DNA of 64,000 nt from the human T2T-CHM13v2.0 reference genome, Homo sapiens. How positions within the stretch are numbered: the first letter of the stretch is position 1; each line of letters starts with the position of its first letter. A program made the translations under genes and the position numbers. Below are positions 41,658 to 57,250 of the stretch, piece after piece. The stretch lies in assembly GCF_009914755.1 (NCBI RefSeq), contig NC_060926.1. One strand, 5' to 3'. Under the pieces are notes generated by a model. It saw only the letters and a program-made list of their open reading frames with translations. It did not search any database and was not told where the DNA came from.

Positions 41658-43367
41658 TATTGCACAAGTCTTGACAAACAACATATATTTTCTAAAACTA
41701 TCCAGATTTCATTATCAGGGAAAAGTTTGCTTAGGTTTATTACAGCAGTCCTTGGCATTTGTATGGTAATTTGTACTTTACAAATACTTTGATATATTAT
41801 AACTCTATTGGTCTTTGAAACAAAGCGATACAGTGTAGGTGGTATCATTCTCTTTCTCACTCAGTGTGGCCCAGAGTTGCTCAGAATTGGAGCAGAGCCT
41901 GAGACGTATCTGCAGATCCTGTCATCAGCTGGCAAGTCCAGGAGACTGTGTCATTTAGAGACTGTGTTGTTAGTTATCCCTCAACATCTTCTAAGGTGGC
42001 AGGAAATAATATTGGAAATAACATTTTAAAGTAAAAATTTTAAAGTTTAAAGAAGAGTTTTGCCACTTAAACAGGGGAGCTTTGTCTGGAAAATACACTG
42101 AGTTGAAACACTTCATCCTTGGAAGGATTATATAAGATGAACAGTTGTGATAAATGTGTAGATTAGAGGGATGTGAATGGGCAGTTAGTCCAGTGCCCTC
42201 ATTTAAGAGGCCAAGATCCTGATTCAGAGGAGGCATCCTTTGCCCAGAGCTGCTTAGCTAATCTGACCAAATGTTGGGAAAAATGTCTCACCTAACCCAC
42301 TATTCCTTAATTATGGATTTTGTGAAAAACAATAGAACATGTTAATGAGTAATTTATATTAGTTCGATGTATTACAATTTTTTAGCTTTAAATTACAGTT
42401 TTCTTATAATGTTGAAATGTTTTAGAATCCTTTGAATCTAAGTATTTGTTTCCTAAATGAAACATTTGTACAACATTTGATGTTTTTACTTATGAAATAT
42501 TCTCCTCCCCCAAGAAAATTTAAACTTTTTCTCTCTATTTAAAAGCTAAGAAATGTTTTAAAGGAAAAATGAAATTATCTTCCTTTAGCTTATTTTTAAG
42601 GTAAAACAGCTTTTTACTCTGTTATTGTGGTAATGGACAGAATATTACATACAAAAATATTCTGGGAGAGCTTTTTCCTAGTTGGTTTTAAATCATTGTG
42701 CCACCTGAAAGGTTTTTAGATTTTATAGGAGCTAATTTGTCCACCAGCATTAATGTAACACAGTGTAGTTATGAAAATATATTGAAGGACAGGAAGTGGA
42801 CACGAAGTGATTTTTGTAACCTGAGCAGTTAATGAATGTGCCAACATTTTCTAGGAAGGGACAGCAAGAATATTCTGCTCTGTAGTTAAAATACTGGCTG
42901 GCTTTTGATGTCTTCATGCTTAATTGTGATCACTTTCTTGCACTGTGATGTTTTTACGTGAATATGTTGAAGTAGAAGTCTACCATATTATTTTATAAAA
43001 TGTTTTCTGTATGGCAATAAACTGAAAACATGGATCAACCCTTCTTTTGAAAATAAACTGAGTCAATTTAGCCTTTTAAAAATATAGTCATCTCTTTTAA
43101 ATAGAATCCTCTTCCACCATCAAGGCTCAACATTTTGTAAGCATCCAAAAAATTGGTAATTAGGGGGCTTGCACTAAATTTCACTATCTTCAGTAGAGAG
43201 GAACTGTTTGGAACTTAGATTTCCAATGTGTATATTCTAATGGAGAAAGCAAGAGGTAGAGTTTGTATGTTTGACTTACCTTAGATTTTTATTTTCCATA
43301 CATACTGCAAATGATTGACTTGTTGCATAAATGAAGATCTTCTGTTGTGTGCTTTTCAAACACTGTA

Positions 43368-43373
43368 AATAAA
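43368..43373 (+). terminator. Polyadenylation signal AATAAA
   Basis: Canonical hexamer with upstream TGTA; nearby alternative hexamers at 43016 and 43052, proximal one at 40343. Confidence 0.6.
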
Positions 43374-44747
43374 TTTGAAATTTGAATAACTTTCCACAGT
43401 ATAACTGTAAAAAAAAAAAAAAAAAGTCTTAATTTAACCAGCATTACCCTCTGCTTGTACCAATTGAATGGCAGAACTACTATAGTCAAAAATAAATTCC
43501 TATCCTATTTTTAATTGATGGGATATAGGCAGCACAATTTCCCTTCATTGTTGAAGCCAACAAGTTCCGTAACAGAACTCCAGAGGTAAATAGCTGGGAA
43601 AACTGTTAGTTTTAAGGTCCCACTGTTGCTCTGTGAATGACTAATCAGAGGAAGCCAAAAATCAGCCAACTAATTTCAGTTTATGTCTTTAATTGTGATG
43701 TAAGTGTGAAGTTTCTACATATGGGTAATCAGGGTTGAGTTAGGTAGTTTGCAAACATGACTTTTGCTGGAGGAACTTTTAATCATGTCTTATTAATTTC
43801 TGGTCCCAATAATTAATTTTCTTACAGTCAAACCCAATGCACTTGAAAAATAATATAATTAATACTGTGTGAAGAATTTTTTGCATGTTAAAAAAAGCAA
43901 ACCACTAGTTTGCTTAGTTCTGGCATTCATAAACTACTGTACCTTCTGTTCTATTGACATGTTTGGAAAAAAGAATTGAACATATGTACCACCCCCCTCT
44001 TTCTAGAGTCTCCACAGTTCTTTAGCAATTGCTAACCATAGGTTTTTAATAGCAAAAGACAAGATTGTCAGTTTTTGGTGCAAAACTCTACTCTTTTTGG
44101 TTGACTTGGAAAAGCTGTTGTTTATATTGGGAATTGTGACAGCTGTCTTTTACTTTGTTAAATTAGCAATTATTTAGCAAAAATACAGAGTTTCACCCCA
44201 GTAAAATAAACTTCCACGTGAGAGTTGTGTTCATTCAAGGGTTATTTTTTGAGAGTGGAAGTACATTTCCTGCATTTGTCACAGATAATATCAGAAATTT
44301 TGTTGTTTTGATTAAAATGTTGCCATCTACTTATAAGTTAAAAATGCTGAGAAGGTTTTTTTTGGAAACAGTTTATGAGGCCAGGACATTTTTAAGTTTG
44401 ACTCAAATATAAAAAGCCACAGTATTCTTGCCATGGTTTTGTACTTAGATGTCTCTCATTATGGAATTCAGAATGTGACAGTTATAGTACTACATGAAAA
44501 TACTTAATATAGAGTTCTACAGTTACAGTATTGCATGAAAATACAGTATGGTATGAAATTATTTGTCCAAAACTGTACTCCAGAAATGGAGCCCATATGA
44601 TTATATAACTATAAAATAGGATGGGACAGAGAAAAATATGTCTGTATTACAGCATAAACATATCTGGTTTAATATGAACTATTTCTTTTCATCTCTTTAC
44701 TCTCAGTATCTCCATAATGGCCAGTATGTAGTAGGCACCTGTAATTG

Positions 44748-45365
44748 TGAAGCAGCCTCATTGTCTGGGGTAAATACCAAGGTTCTTGGTCTCATGGCCA
44801 AGGAGATCGAGGTCGCAGACACACACAGTTTGGAGCAGGAGTTTAATAGGCAAAAGGAAACAGCTCTGTTACAGAGAGGGGTTCCGAGCAGGTTGCCAAG
44901 TTGTAGTAAAAATGTCAGGGTTTTTATAAATGGGCTAGTGAGGAGGGGGCTCATGAGGAGGGGATATCTTATCCTCCTAGGGTCCGAGGACGCTTTAGTT
45001 GGGACCAGGTGTGCTATCTGTACAGAGCATAGCTTTTTATCAGCTCTTATCCCATTCCTTGACCACATAGGCTCTTAGACTCTTATTCTATGTTGTCTTC
45101 GTCCAGCTTATCTGGAAGGGAGAGTTTCTCTGTCTGTTCCCATACATCTTGCAGCTGCAGGCATCCCCCCGGTCTGCTTTTAGCTTCCTTATCTTAGTGC
45201 CCCTAAAGGGAAAGGAATGTGCTTATTAAGGGCCACTGTTTTACTGGGGTTAACTGCATGAGGTCAAAAAGAGCTATATTTGAGCTGCTGTTTGTTAAAA
45301 GAAAAGTTTTCTGCCGGGGACTCGCTTTACCCTGTCTACCTAAATTCTTTCTGCCTTCTATAACA
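44748..45365 (-). mobile_element. Solo ERV1 LTR, MER4 group (MER61-like)
   Basis: TG...CA termini with 4-bp TSD ATTG at 44744-44747 and 45366-45369. Confidence 0.8.
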
Positions 45366-45602
45366 ATTGTATGCTCAGTAAATACATAAGGAATAATGAA
45401 CTTAATAACATTTTTTTCCATTCTCAAAATGATACTTAAATGACTCAGTACAACAAAGAAACTGAGTAGTAACCAGTGCAAAACTAGCAAAAGGATGAAA
45501 TACACAAGAAAATGAGAGAATTTAAGAGGAGTAGCAAAACAGCACTGCTAAAGTTACGGGTTTATTTTAAAGTTTAAAATAGAAGTAAACAAGCAAACAT
45601 AC

Positions 45603-45942
45603 TGATAATGGTTAGGCTTTCTGTCCCCACCGCACAAATCTCATCTTGAATTATAATCTCAACATGTTAAGGGAGAGACCAGATGAAAGTAATTGGATCA
45701 TGGGGTTGGTTTCTCCCATGCTGTTCTCGTGATAGTTCCCATGAGATCTGATGGTTTTATAAGTATTTGGTAGTTCCTCCTGCATTCATTCTTCCTGCTG
45801 CCCTGTGAAGAGGTGCCTTCCACCATGATTGTGAGTTTCTGGAGGCTTCTGCAGCCTTGCGGAACTGTGAGTCAATCCTTTTTATTATAAATTACCCCGT
45901 CTCAGGCAGTTCTTTATAGCAGTGTGGGGATGGACTAATACT
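45603..45942 (+). mobile_element. THE1D-like MaLR solo LTR
   Basis: TGATAATGGTTAGGC...AAATCTCATCTTGAATT...CTTTATAGCAGTGTG...GACTAATAC. Confidence 0.88.
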
Positions 45943-46099
45943 CGCTGGGTTAGCTGGGGTAGGTAAAGCCACAGCTGTGGCAGCAACCAGCTAGTGGGTG
46001 TCCCTTGATGGAGGCTTTGCAGGCTGCAGCAGAAGGGACCCTTCAGATAAACCTCCAGTCAGGAAAGGAAAAGGCCCAAATAAACAGTATTTAGATTTT

Positions 46100-46660
46100 T
46101 TTTTAAAGGACATAACTACCAATAGAGATTTAAAATAATCATAAGAATACCATTAACTTTATGATAAAAATTTTGTAAGTGGAGAAGAAATGGATATATT
46201 TCTAGGAAAACAGTAGAAGATCCATCTAAGATTTTGACAATTTAAATCAACCACTAAGGAAGTGGAATCAGTAATCACAAGTCCACCTCGCCAAAAGACA
46301 ATTTTTGAAAGATGAATGTTACCAAAACATCAAGAAACTGATAATTCCTGTCTTATAGAAACTTTGAAATGAGAGAAAGCTACCCAACCCATTTCAGAAA
46401 GTTAGTAAAATCTCAAAGCTACACTTGAGCAAAGACTGTGAAATATTAATAGACCAATCTTGTTTATGAACATAGATGGAAAAATTGCTGATGAAATATT
46501 GGCACATTGAATGTAGCAGTGCATAAAATATTGTATCATGAGCAAAAGGAGAATCTTTCCCAGGAACAGGAGGATGTTTTAATAAAAATATGTAATTTAC
46601 CTCTCTACAGATTAAAGGAGAAAAACTATATGATCACATCAACAGAAACAGGAAATTCAG
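46100..46660 (+). mobile_element. Degenerate L1 ORF2 fragment
   Basis: AGACCAATCTTGTTTATGAACATAGATG, GAAAAACTATATGATCACATCAACAGA resemble L1 RT region. Confidence 0.6.
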
Positions 46661-47264
46661 TTTCTTTGGGGGATAGTTGTAATTAAAAGTGCTTAACTCA
46701 CTTATATAAGCCATTAGTGGATGTTACAATAAACCTCGTATAGTGTCAGATGTAAGACAGACATACTGGAATTGTCTATGAGGTTGGATCCATGGGCCTG
46801 CCATGGAAAATTTGTTGAGTAATACGTCCAAGGCGTCACCATTTGCCAGGCGTTGCAAGTATCACCATTTGCAAGGTGTTAACAAAAAGTTACCTGCCTA
46901 TGGATTCTCCTTTCTAACTCTGACCTAATATTTTGGAGCATAGAGGAAAGAAACATCTTATGTTTCTGTGTTTGGGTAAACATTAGACTTATAAAAGGGC
47001 CTAGGGTTTTTTTGTTTGGTAAACCATTGCCTTTCCTGCTTTGGTGTGGCAAATCTTCCTTTGGAGAAAAAGGTCCCTTTAATCTTAAAACCAACTCTCA
47101 GTGACCAACAAAAGCAACAAATAGGAACAACCACCCATTAAGAACCATCAGGTGATGCCTCATTTGCTGTGGTGCACAGCTGAACTTGATTGTTACTCTT
47201 GGATCAGGGTTGGCTTGATAAGGACTCACTTAACCAATGGAAAGTAAGGTTAAATCTTTGTAAG

Positions 47265-47412
47265 CAATGCTCCTGATGCGAATCACCTGGAGATCTTGAG
47301 CAAATGCAGACTGGTTCAGCAGATCTGGAGTGGGGCCTGAGATTCTGCATTTCTAACAAGTTTCCTGGTGATATTAATGCTGCTGGTCTGTGAGCCATAC
47401 TTTGAGTAGCAA
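47265..47412. mobile_element. MER5A
   Basis: GAATCACCTGGAGATCTTG...GGGGCCTGAGATTCTGCATTTCTAACAAG...CATACTTTGAGTAGCAA. Confidence 0.85.
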
Positions 47413-48331
47413 AGGACTAAAGGTTGTGAGATAAACTGCTTTTAGCAGCCCAAAGGGCCAGCTGGAAAGACGAGACCAGTTACAGAGCAAATGGCAAGAC
47501 AGATCTGGTAATCTGATTCTTAGAGTACTTAAAAAAGATAAGAAGGATCTATTCCTGATATACAGGGTACTTGGTGGATGTGTCCATGACCTCGAGATCG
47601 AAAACCCATTAGTTAATCTTTGTGACATCTGAATTTTAAGGATCTTACCCAGTGAACATATAACTAGTGGAAATCCTGATAATTGGCTAATGCAAGGAAG
47701 TGATACCCATGTGTAATGCTTATCTTTGTATCCATTTCATGGGGAAGGTCATGGAAGACGACAGCAAACTTGAGTGGTTAATGAGAGCTTCACTAATGTT
47801 GTCTGCTGCAGGCAATAAGTGAAGTCTCTGGCAGTGGGAAGCATGGACCCAAGACCGAAAGCTCTGGCACTTTATAGCAGTGGTGGGGGGTAGATAGGAC
47901 TTAGTGTGGCCCCTTAAAGAGCAAGGTCCAAGTGATTTTCTCTGGTGAATGTCGATGTGGATCTAGTCTCCAGGGTTAGATCCAGGCAGGTAACATCAAA
48001 GTCAGTTGATAAGACCTCTTATGCCTGTGAATGGAAGGCCCTGATAAAACTTCATTATTAATGTTCTGCATTAATTTAGCGGATGACTATAGTCATTTCA
48101 CATAATCTAATACATGAATGTCCTGTATGGGTGACTGCTGAGGGTTTAACAAAGGAGAGTCCATTTATATTTGGCTGGTAAGATCGATGCTTCTGTCACT
48201 ACTGATGGGCAAGGATATTAACATCAATATCTAAAAAAATTCTGAGATTTGGATTGTGATGTGTTAAATTTCTAGACCAATTTGAGGAGAATTTAACAAT
48301 AGCTTTTCAATTTATGAACATGGCGTATATC

Positions 48332-48642
<311 letters not shown>

Positions 48643-49620
48643 TGATTTCTTTCATTGTTACTTTGTAGTTTTCAGCTTACAGATTCCGCGCATATTTTGT
48701 TAGACTTAAATCTAAGTATTTGCTTTTTTTTTAACTTACAAATTTTTTTAAAAAAACGTTTTTCCTCTCCAATGTTCATTGCTAATACATTTCACGTTTG
48801 AATCTCCAGTTCAGAAAAATCATGGCCTCTGGAGTTTTACTGAGGACTAGAGATAGCTAAGTAACATAGTTCCACCTTATTCACTTGGTCTTTGATGTGG
48901 TGTCCATAATTGAGTAAATGGCAGTATGTCCAATGGCAACACCATGAACTTGACTTTGCCCTCTTGTCTAGCCCTCTCCATTTAGACTTGGAAGGGTCAG
49001 CAGTAAAATTTCACTGGCCCAGTCCAGGGCTGCTTGAGTGTTACTGTTTTGTGCCACAATATGATGTGGCCAGACTACTTTTCTAGTTTCGAGATTATTT
49101 TGGAGCTTTATATTGGGTATGTTCTTATCCAACTATCATTAGGGGCATTGATCTCTGATGCCCTTTTCTTTCTTATCTTCCAAATGGCAGGCAGTAAATG
49201 GCTTATTAAGCAAGTATAAGATTCAAGATCTCAGCCCCAAAGATACATTTGTAGATGCCAGGCTTAACATTCCTGAGGCTCTCAGAGAAAACTTTTCCCT
49301 CTATAGACTCCCCATTTTAAGAAGGAGGCACAGGGCTTGGTTGGCCCATTTAGTTAGTGACACACCTATATTACTCTCCTTGGCATCTTACCCCAGCCCA
49401 TCCATTGGGTTGTGTCAGTCTTTTATTTCTAAGTGAGGATCCAGTCAACAGGAGGCACAAGAGATAGAACCAAATACCATAATGCCTCCTTCTATTCCAC
49501 TATGAACAGTCAAGGACACTGGAGGCCTCTGGGTGGGACACATAGGCGTTCAAGAGCCTCTGAGCTTAAAGATATGTGAGTGGAGCTAACTAGACTGTCC
49601 AGGTTTGGTCTACACTGTAA

Positions 49621-49939
<319 letters not shown>

Positions 49940-51392
49940 TGAGTCGGCACTGAGCTCATGAAAGCTGTGCTGAGTGGGTTTCTTTAGATTTTCATTTTCA
50001 TGTTTGCCCCATTTATGCTAATATTAATTATTGGAAAATAATTCACCTACTTTGCTTCTCTCTGACCAACATAGGGGCAGGATCTGTGGAAAGACATTTA
50101 CCACCTGTTTGAAAAGGTCAGCGTGCTGATATTCACTAACTACTACCCCCACAACTCCCCCTCCCCCAAACCTGATAGATGCTATAATTTCTGCAGTCCA
50201 ATCACTATTCTTCCCAAACTCCATGAGCCAGATTTTATACATACTTTGCGTGACCATAAAACTCTGTACTATTATAGACATAAAACCATTTAATTTCATA
50301 GATACCTTCAGTGGTGGCATCACTGGGTCCTCTCTTGGATAGCATAGTCCTATGACCAAATGGGTCAGTCGTTGATCAGGCTTCATGAGAATATGATCGC
50401 TGGGAGAAATATACAGCTAATTTAACAACAAATGACTGTCCTAATTCTGGAGACCTGGGAAGTATTGATGAGAGTATAGTGATCATAAGCAGACATTGGG
50501 TGCTTTAGCAAAGCCAATTTGCCTGCATCCTCTGGAAGGTAAAGAAGATCTCCTCTCTCTTAGAACTTAATCAAACTCTTGGCATCCACAGAAGGCTAGG
50601 AGGATGTAATGAATACTTACCATTTTTGTGGAAGCCCACAACCTTTTGAATGGCCTTTCTATACTTTAGTGAACCTCCATGTTATGAACCTTACTTCCTC
50701 AAGTCTCTTTTGCTGCTAGGAGGCAGACAGTAACTTCGGTAATTAGAAACATCTGCACTCAGCAACATGAAGCACAAGTTCTGTGCAGTTGTCCATATGC
50801 TGTCATGAGTTTTGCCATATGTATCATCTGGCTTTCAGAGGACCTTTCATGGTTGTCAGGTTAAGTTCCTGATACAGAAGTGGCATCAGTGCTGGTGTTA
50901 ATGGCTGCAGTAAAGTCAAATTCCTAGATTTTAGTGCTCTGTGGTAGCAGAGAGAATGGTGGTAGTTTATTTTTTCTTTCCTTTTTTTTTTAAAAAAAAA
51001 AAAAAACCTTTTTCATGTTGAAGTTCACATGACCTACAACTAACCATTTTAAAGTGTAATTCAGTGTCATTCAGTACATCCACAATGTGCAATCACCACC
51101 TCTGTCTAGTTCCAAAACATTTTTATCACCCTAAAAGGAAACCTTGCACCCATTAAACAGTGGTAGTTTCTCTATCATGCCACTTTTGTAGCATGCTTTG
51201 GGGTCTTATTCCTGGGATCTTTCTCTACAGTGGTATGATTATATAAGGGTGGAAATATAAAAGAGTAAGCCTTTAGAAACAGTTTGTGTCTAAATTAGCT
51301 CTCAGGCATATTGTCTTCAAAGGAATGTTTTAAACCAGCCAAAGACTAACATCAACATGCTTACATTTTGAGTCCAAAATTAAAATCCAAAA

Positions 51393-51550
51393 TAGCCAAG
51401 CATGGTGGCTCACGCCTATAATCCCAACTACTCCAGAGGCTGAGGTGTGATAGAATTTCTTGAACCTAGGCGTTCCAGGCTGCAGTGAGCTATGATTGTG
51501 CTGCTGCACTCCAGCCTGGGTGACAGAGCGAGGTTGCTTCTAAAACAAAA
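51393..51550 (+). mobile_element. FRAM / Alu right arm
   Basis: Single arm ...GCTGCAGTGAGCTATGATTGTG...CCAGCCTGGGTGACAGAGCGAG. Confidence 0.8.
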
Positions 51551-54070
51551 ATTTGAAATAGTAAGTGCTTTGATTTTTTTTAATATAGAATCAAACAATT
51601 GTGAAAATATAATTGGCTAAGTTTCATATACAGTTCTTTCTAAAACTCCTTCTGTTCTCTAAGATGTAGTTTGAACCAGCCAAGGATGATGGCTTCAACA
51701 TGTCTCCAGTTGTTTTGCCACTCCAGGGCCTGACTCAAACCAAAATAAGACTTGCTGTTACCCTGAGACAAGCCAACTGTCATTGCTTTAGCAACCACTA
51801 CGGCTACAGGTTGTTGCATCATGCCAAGCTCTGTGTTCTTTCTAACTAGTAGAATGGAGTGGGATGGTATCGTGATGGTGAACCCAAAACAATGGTACTA
51901 GGAAGGAGGTTGGCCAAACTCAGAGTGGAGGCTGACCCTGTATCTGGTTGTAGCAGAGTCGGTCCTAGGGGAACAGGCTCAGCAGCAGCAAGGATGCAAG
52001 GACCAGAAGGCAGCAGGGGAAGGAAAAGGAGCAGGGGATAGGGGAACTTTAGGAGCAGAGTAGTGTTGATAACTGGCATCTGGAACCTACAGTTTCCAGT
52101 TCAGAGCAGTACACCATACTCAGTGTATACTTACACTCCAAGACATTTCCTGGGCAGTGATCTAGAAATGATATTTTTAAAAGGAGCTGTGTTTCAGTGT
52201 TAGACTGTAGTTATCCAAGCAGTATCAGATAGTGTGCAGTTTTTGTAGTAAAAGGTAAAAATCTGAATAATAAAGTTTATTAATAACAGTTTTAGTTAAT
52301 ACTTGACTGACATTGAGACCCTTGATGCAAAAAGGTAAGTAGAAGAGAAGGCTGTAAACACAAGACCATCATACCCTGTGGGGAATTTACAATCTAAATA
52401 TAACAAACATATAGAGTGAGATAGGAGAAAAGAAATGGGATGATAATGATATTGCTGTACTAAAGTCTATTTAGGAAATGGAAATATATAGCAAGAGGAG
52501 TCAGCTACTTGGGCATTGATCAAAGAAAAATAAACATATAGAAGGAAAGAAAGGTCGTTTTAGTTTATAACATTTTCCTTCCGATTCTAGGTGATTATAT
52601 AGCTAGTTTACTCTTCCACCCCCAAGATTCTGGGGTATTTTGGCTAATGTTATTTGCAATGTCCATAAACTCAGAAGAAGTTAGTATTAACGGGGATATG
52701 AAAGAACCTCCAGTTACTATGCAAGAAATTTTAAATTTCCATCATGTTAAATTGTACAACTGTTTATCATTCACTCTGCTGTAAGTCTATGTGAAACCAA
52801 ATCCGTGGATTTACCAATGGCCATTTTATCACCTCCAAACTATCTTTTATTTTTTTGAATTGTATCTCTCTCCTTATTCCATTTTCTTCTGTTTGATTAA
52901 AATCCTGCATGTTCTCCTGCATCATATGTCACTCATTTTTGTGTGAGCCACCTAGACCCTCTGAGAAAAAATTCAAAGCTACCCACTGTATGATTGTTCA
53001 TTCACTGAACATGTATTTTTTGAGTGCCTACTGCATACTAAGCATTATGAAAGGCACTGAAATGGAAAAGACTAAGACATCCACCATCCACAGATGGGCT
53101 TTTGTAGGTCCTGGAATTGAATTTGTCTTGTCTTTCCCCTGTCATTTAACAGCCACTCAGGACGTTGGTAATTGGATATTTTCATAAACCACATTAAATT
53201 GTATAATTCTGAATTTCTATAATGGAAAATCATTATAAAGTCCCAAATCAATGAAGATAAACTTACTACATTATGCAAAATTAAAAATATGCTTGACTTA
53301 GAAGCTTTATTTTCTAAGGAGACAGTTAATAATGGACACTTTTGAAATAGCACCCTAAATGCACTTTTAGTTTCCAATCAGCAGATAGCAGCACTTGATT
53401 CCAATTCAAAGAGAAAGTTAGGATGGTGTTCTGTGTGAATGCTATCTACGACAAGGACACTCAACTTCCAGAAAATGATTGTTAAGTGGAAATTGGGCAC
53501 ATTCTAATTGGAGATTGTCTGGTTTGTCTTAGAAAGGGGAGCGCTGCTGTACATTGGTCAGGTACATTTAATTAAGGTAAAAAGACAGCTTTTCCTCCTC
53601 ATCAGTGTAAACAACTGGACTTCTTCCTGTTAAGTATCATATTAAACACAATCTGAAATTTTACTTACTATAAAGAAAATAAGATTTTATGCTTTTTTGA
53701 TTAACTTTTCTCAGGTGCATTCTAAGTGAAGTGAATTTGATTTATTGCAATCGGAGTATTACTGCTGCAGGCACAAAGCTATCCACTGCACTCAATAAAA
53801 TAAAGATCACATAGAAGAATTTATTAGAGTCCAAACAACCCAAAGAAGTGGAAGGAAATGCTCTGAGGAAGGAAATGCGGACACTAGTTTCTAAAACGGA
53901 CATGCGTGTTTCCTTAAGTGTACATCATCATTAGAACGCATGATTATCCTGCTGTTTGTACTTGCAGTATTGTCCCAAAAGTAAACTCAATTATCCATCT
54001 GGCAAATGCAGTAGATGGGCCCTATGCTAAACCTGTAATTGTTGACAACTACAGAAAAAGCACTCACTAC

Positions 54071-54392
<322 letters not shown>

Positions 54393-54830
54393 TAATATTC
54401 TAGCTGAATTATGTCTTGTCATCTAGTATATCCTTTGCTGTGAATTCTATAATATAGGATTTCAGGTTTATGTCCACTCAACAGTGGCTTTTCTTGGTTT
54501 ATCTTCTCCAAAATGTATCTACTGCATGAATCATCCCTCTTGTTCTACAGTCACTATTTGAAAAATAGGTATCCAGTATGTTTAGGCACTGCCTGCCCCT
54601 ACGATGCCTCTCAGAGCTCTGAGCATGGGCACACCGGATCTCTTTGCAGGGCCAGCACCAGCCACCATGGTGGGGGGGCTCCTCCCTGTGCCTAGGTTTT
54701 TGAAACACCGCATCTTTTCTTTTGTTCTCCAGTCCTGGGTGGGACTGAAAAATTATTTTCCTGTAGTTATTAATCTTTGGGTTACCTCACAATTACCTTT
54801 TGGTTTTTCAGTTTTGTATTATCAGTGTAA

Positions 54831-55169
<339 letters not shown>

Positions 55170-55599
55170 TAAAATTCTTTATTTCTGTTTTCCTAATTTG
55201 ATTAATACAGCTGTAAAAATAGCAAACGTGTATCTAAAGTGTTATTTCAGTGGCAAAGGAATGTTTTTATTTTGTCGAATTTATATGTGATTTTTAAGTG
55301 AAATATTTGTGTGGATCTTGGGGTTTTGGTAGCGTATAAAGCCAATAAAATCAGAGACTTAGGGCTTCAGAAGGGAAAAAATCCTCAACATCACATTCAG
55401 CAATGGTTTAGATTCATGAACAAGTTGATAGTCAAATCCTGAGTATAAAATACTTTGCATTCTATCAACTTCTCAAATTACTAGTAAGAACTTCATATTT
55501 TGTGTGATTCTCTCATTGACTGTTTTCATCTTTTCCTTAAATAAAACCAGGAGCAAAAACCTCAAAAGTACCAGAAATCAACCAGGATGAAATAATGTG

Positions 55600-56100
55600 C
55601 ATAGTCCTTTAACCACTAAATAAATTGAATTTGTAATTTTAAAACTTCAAAAAAGGAATCTCCAGACCCACTAGGTGTCACTGAAGAATTCTATCAAACA
55701 TTTAAAAAAAATTACCAGTTTCATACATTAAGTATGTAAAAAAAAATTAATGTTGGTTTTACACAGTCTTTTCCGGAAAATAGAACAGGAGGGAAACACT
55801 TCCCAACTCATAAGACTAGTTTTACCGTGATGCCAAAACCAAACACAATACAAAAAAGAAAACTACAGATTAATCTTTCTCATGAACTTAGAGGCAAAAC
55901 TCCCGCCAAAATGTTAAATCCAATAATGTATAACAAGAAGTACGTGTCATGACCAAATGTGATTTATCCCATCTAAGTAAGGATGGTTCAAGATTCAAAA
56001 ATCAATTAGTGTAATCATAGAAACAGGCTGAAGAAGAGAAATCATATGATAATATCAATTGACATAGAAGAAGCATTTGACAAAATTCACATCTATTCAA
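55600..56100 (+). mobile_element. L1 ORF2 (RT region) fragment
   Basis: GAATTCTATCAAACATTTAA, AAAGAAAACTACAGA, CAATTGACATAGAAGAAGCATTTGACAAAATTC (D..KAFDKI motif). Confidence 0.8.
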
Positions 56101-56924
56101 AATAGCTAGTGGTCCCCACGTTGGGATCTGATAGTGCTGACTGCCCTCAGGCACCTTTTCCCATCTTTGATACTCCCTGATGTAAGAATAATACTTTTTC
56201 ATATCTCACCTTGTAAATCAGTGAGTCAGAATTCAAAAGAAATACATGGCTAGAAATGGAATAAATCAAACACATATTTGCCATATCATAATTATCAAAG
56301 CCACAATTTTAAAAGTTGTTTTCTCACAGAGAAGAGTATTTCTCTAAATGTATAATGCAGTTGGAAAATTCATAATTACTCCTATGGTACGCACTTTATT
56401 GGCCTAAGCTAGTAAAGACCATTTCTCTTCCGAAGATCCACCGTTATACATTAACATTTGAATGAATATTTTCATTATACAGCCAAGATAGCAATTCCCA
56501 GATCCAACGCTAATGCACTTCCTGGCTAAAGCTGAAACTCTTAAGAGCAATTAACTAATTCCTGAGTTAATATTGTTTAGACATAAGCCTCTAGAACTAA
56601 GTGAGCTAATGTATGTACAATGCTTAGCACATTTCCTGCATATAATACTGAATATATGTTAGTAATTAGTATCACTGTCATAAACTAACAATGTCAAGAG
56701 GTTTTTTACATTGATTAGAAGGTTTGTTTTTTTTTTAAACATTTTCAAGCTAAGCATAAATTTCTCAAACACATGGTCGAAGGTGATAGGAACACTGTGT
56801 TCTCTTAAGTCCAGTCACCACTCTATCCAAAATTCAATTTTAAAATGTACTAATAGTTTTTCTGTGTATTTAGCCAAATACATGCTGTACATGCATGTCA
56901 GTGAAAGAAAATGCTACCAGTAGT

Positions 56925-57215
<291 letters not shown>

Positions 57216-57250
57216 TAGTGTTTTAATTAAAGCCTTTGCTACAGAAAAGT

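Larger units (their letters stand above)
40222..43410 (+). other. PDK1: PDK1 3'UTR (to main distal polyA region; may extend further)
   Basis: AT-rich sequence after the stop, with AATAAA at 40343, 43016, 43052 and 43368. Confidence 0.7.

Noticed and set aside
43409-43425. A17 run after AATAAA suggesting a processed pseudogene end
   Set aside because: The upstream gene has introns and no TSD is evident; it is a genomic A-run.
44638-45078. 146-aa and 121-aa ORFs
   Set aside because: Lie mostly within a solo LTR.
53300-54050. Repeat-free stretch with CCAAT, homeobox and ETS-like motifs (possible enhancer)
   Set aside because: Short motifs are expected by chance; no conservation or chromatin data available here.
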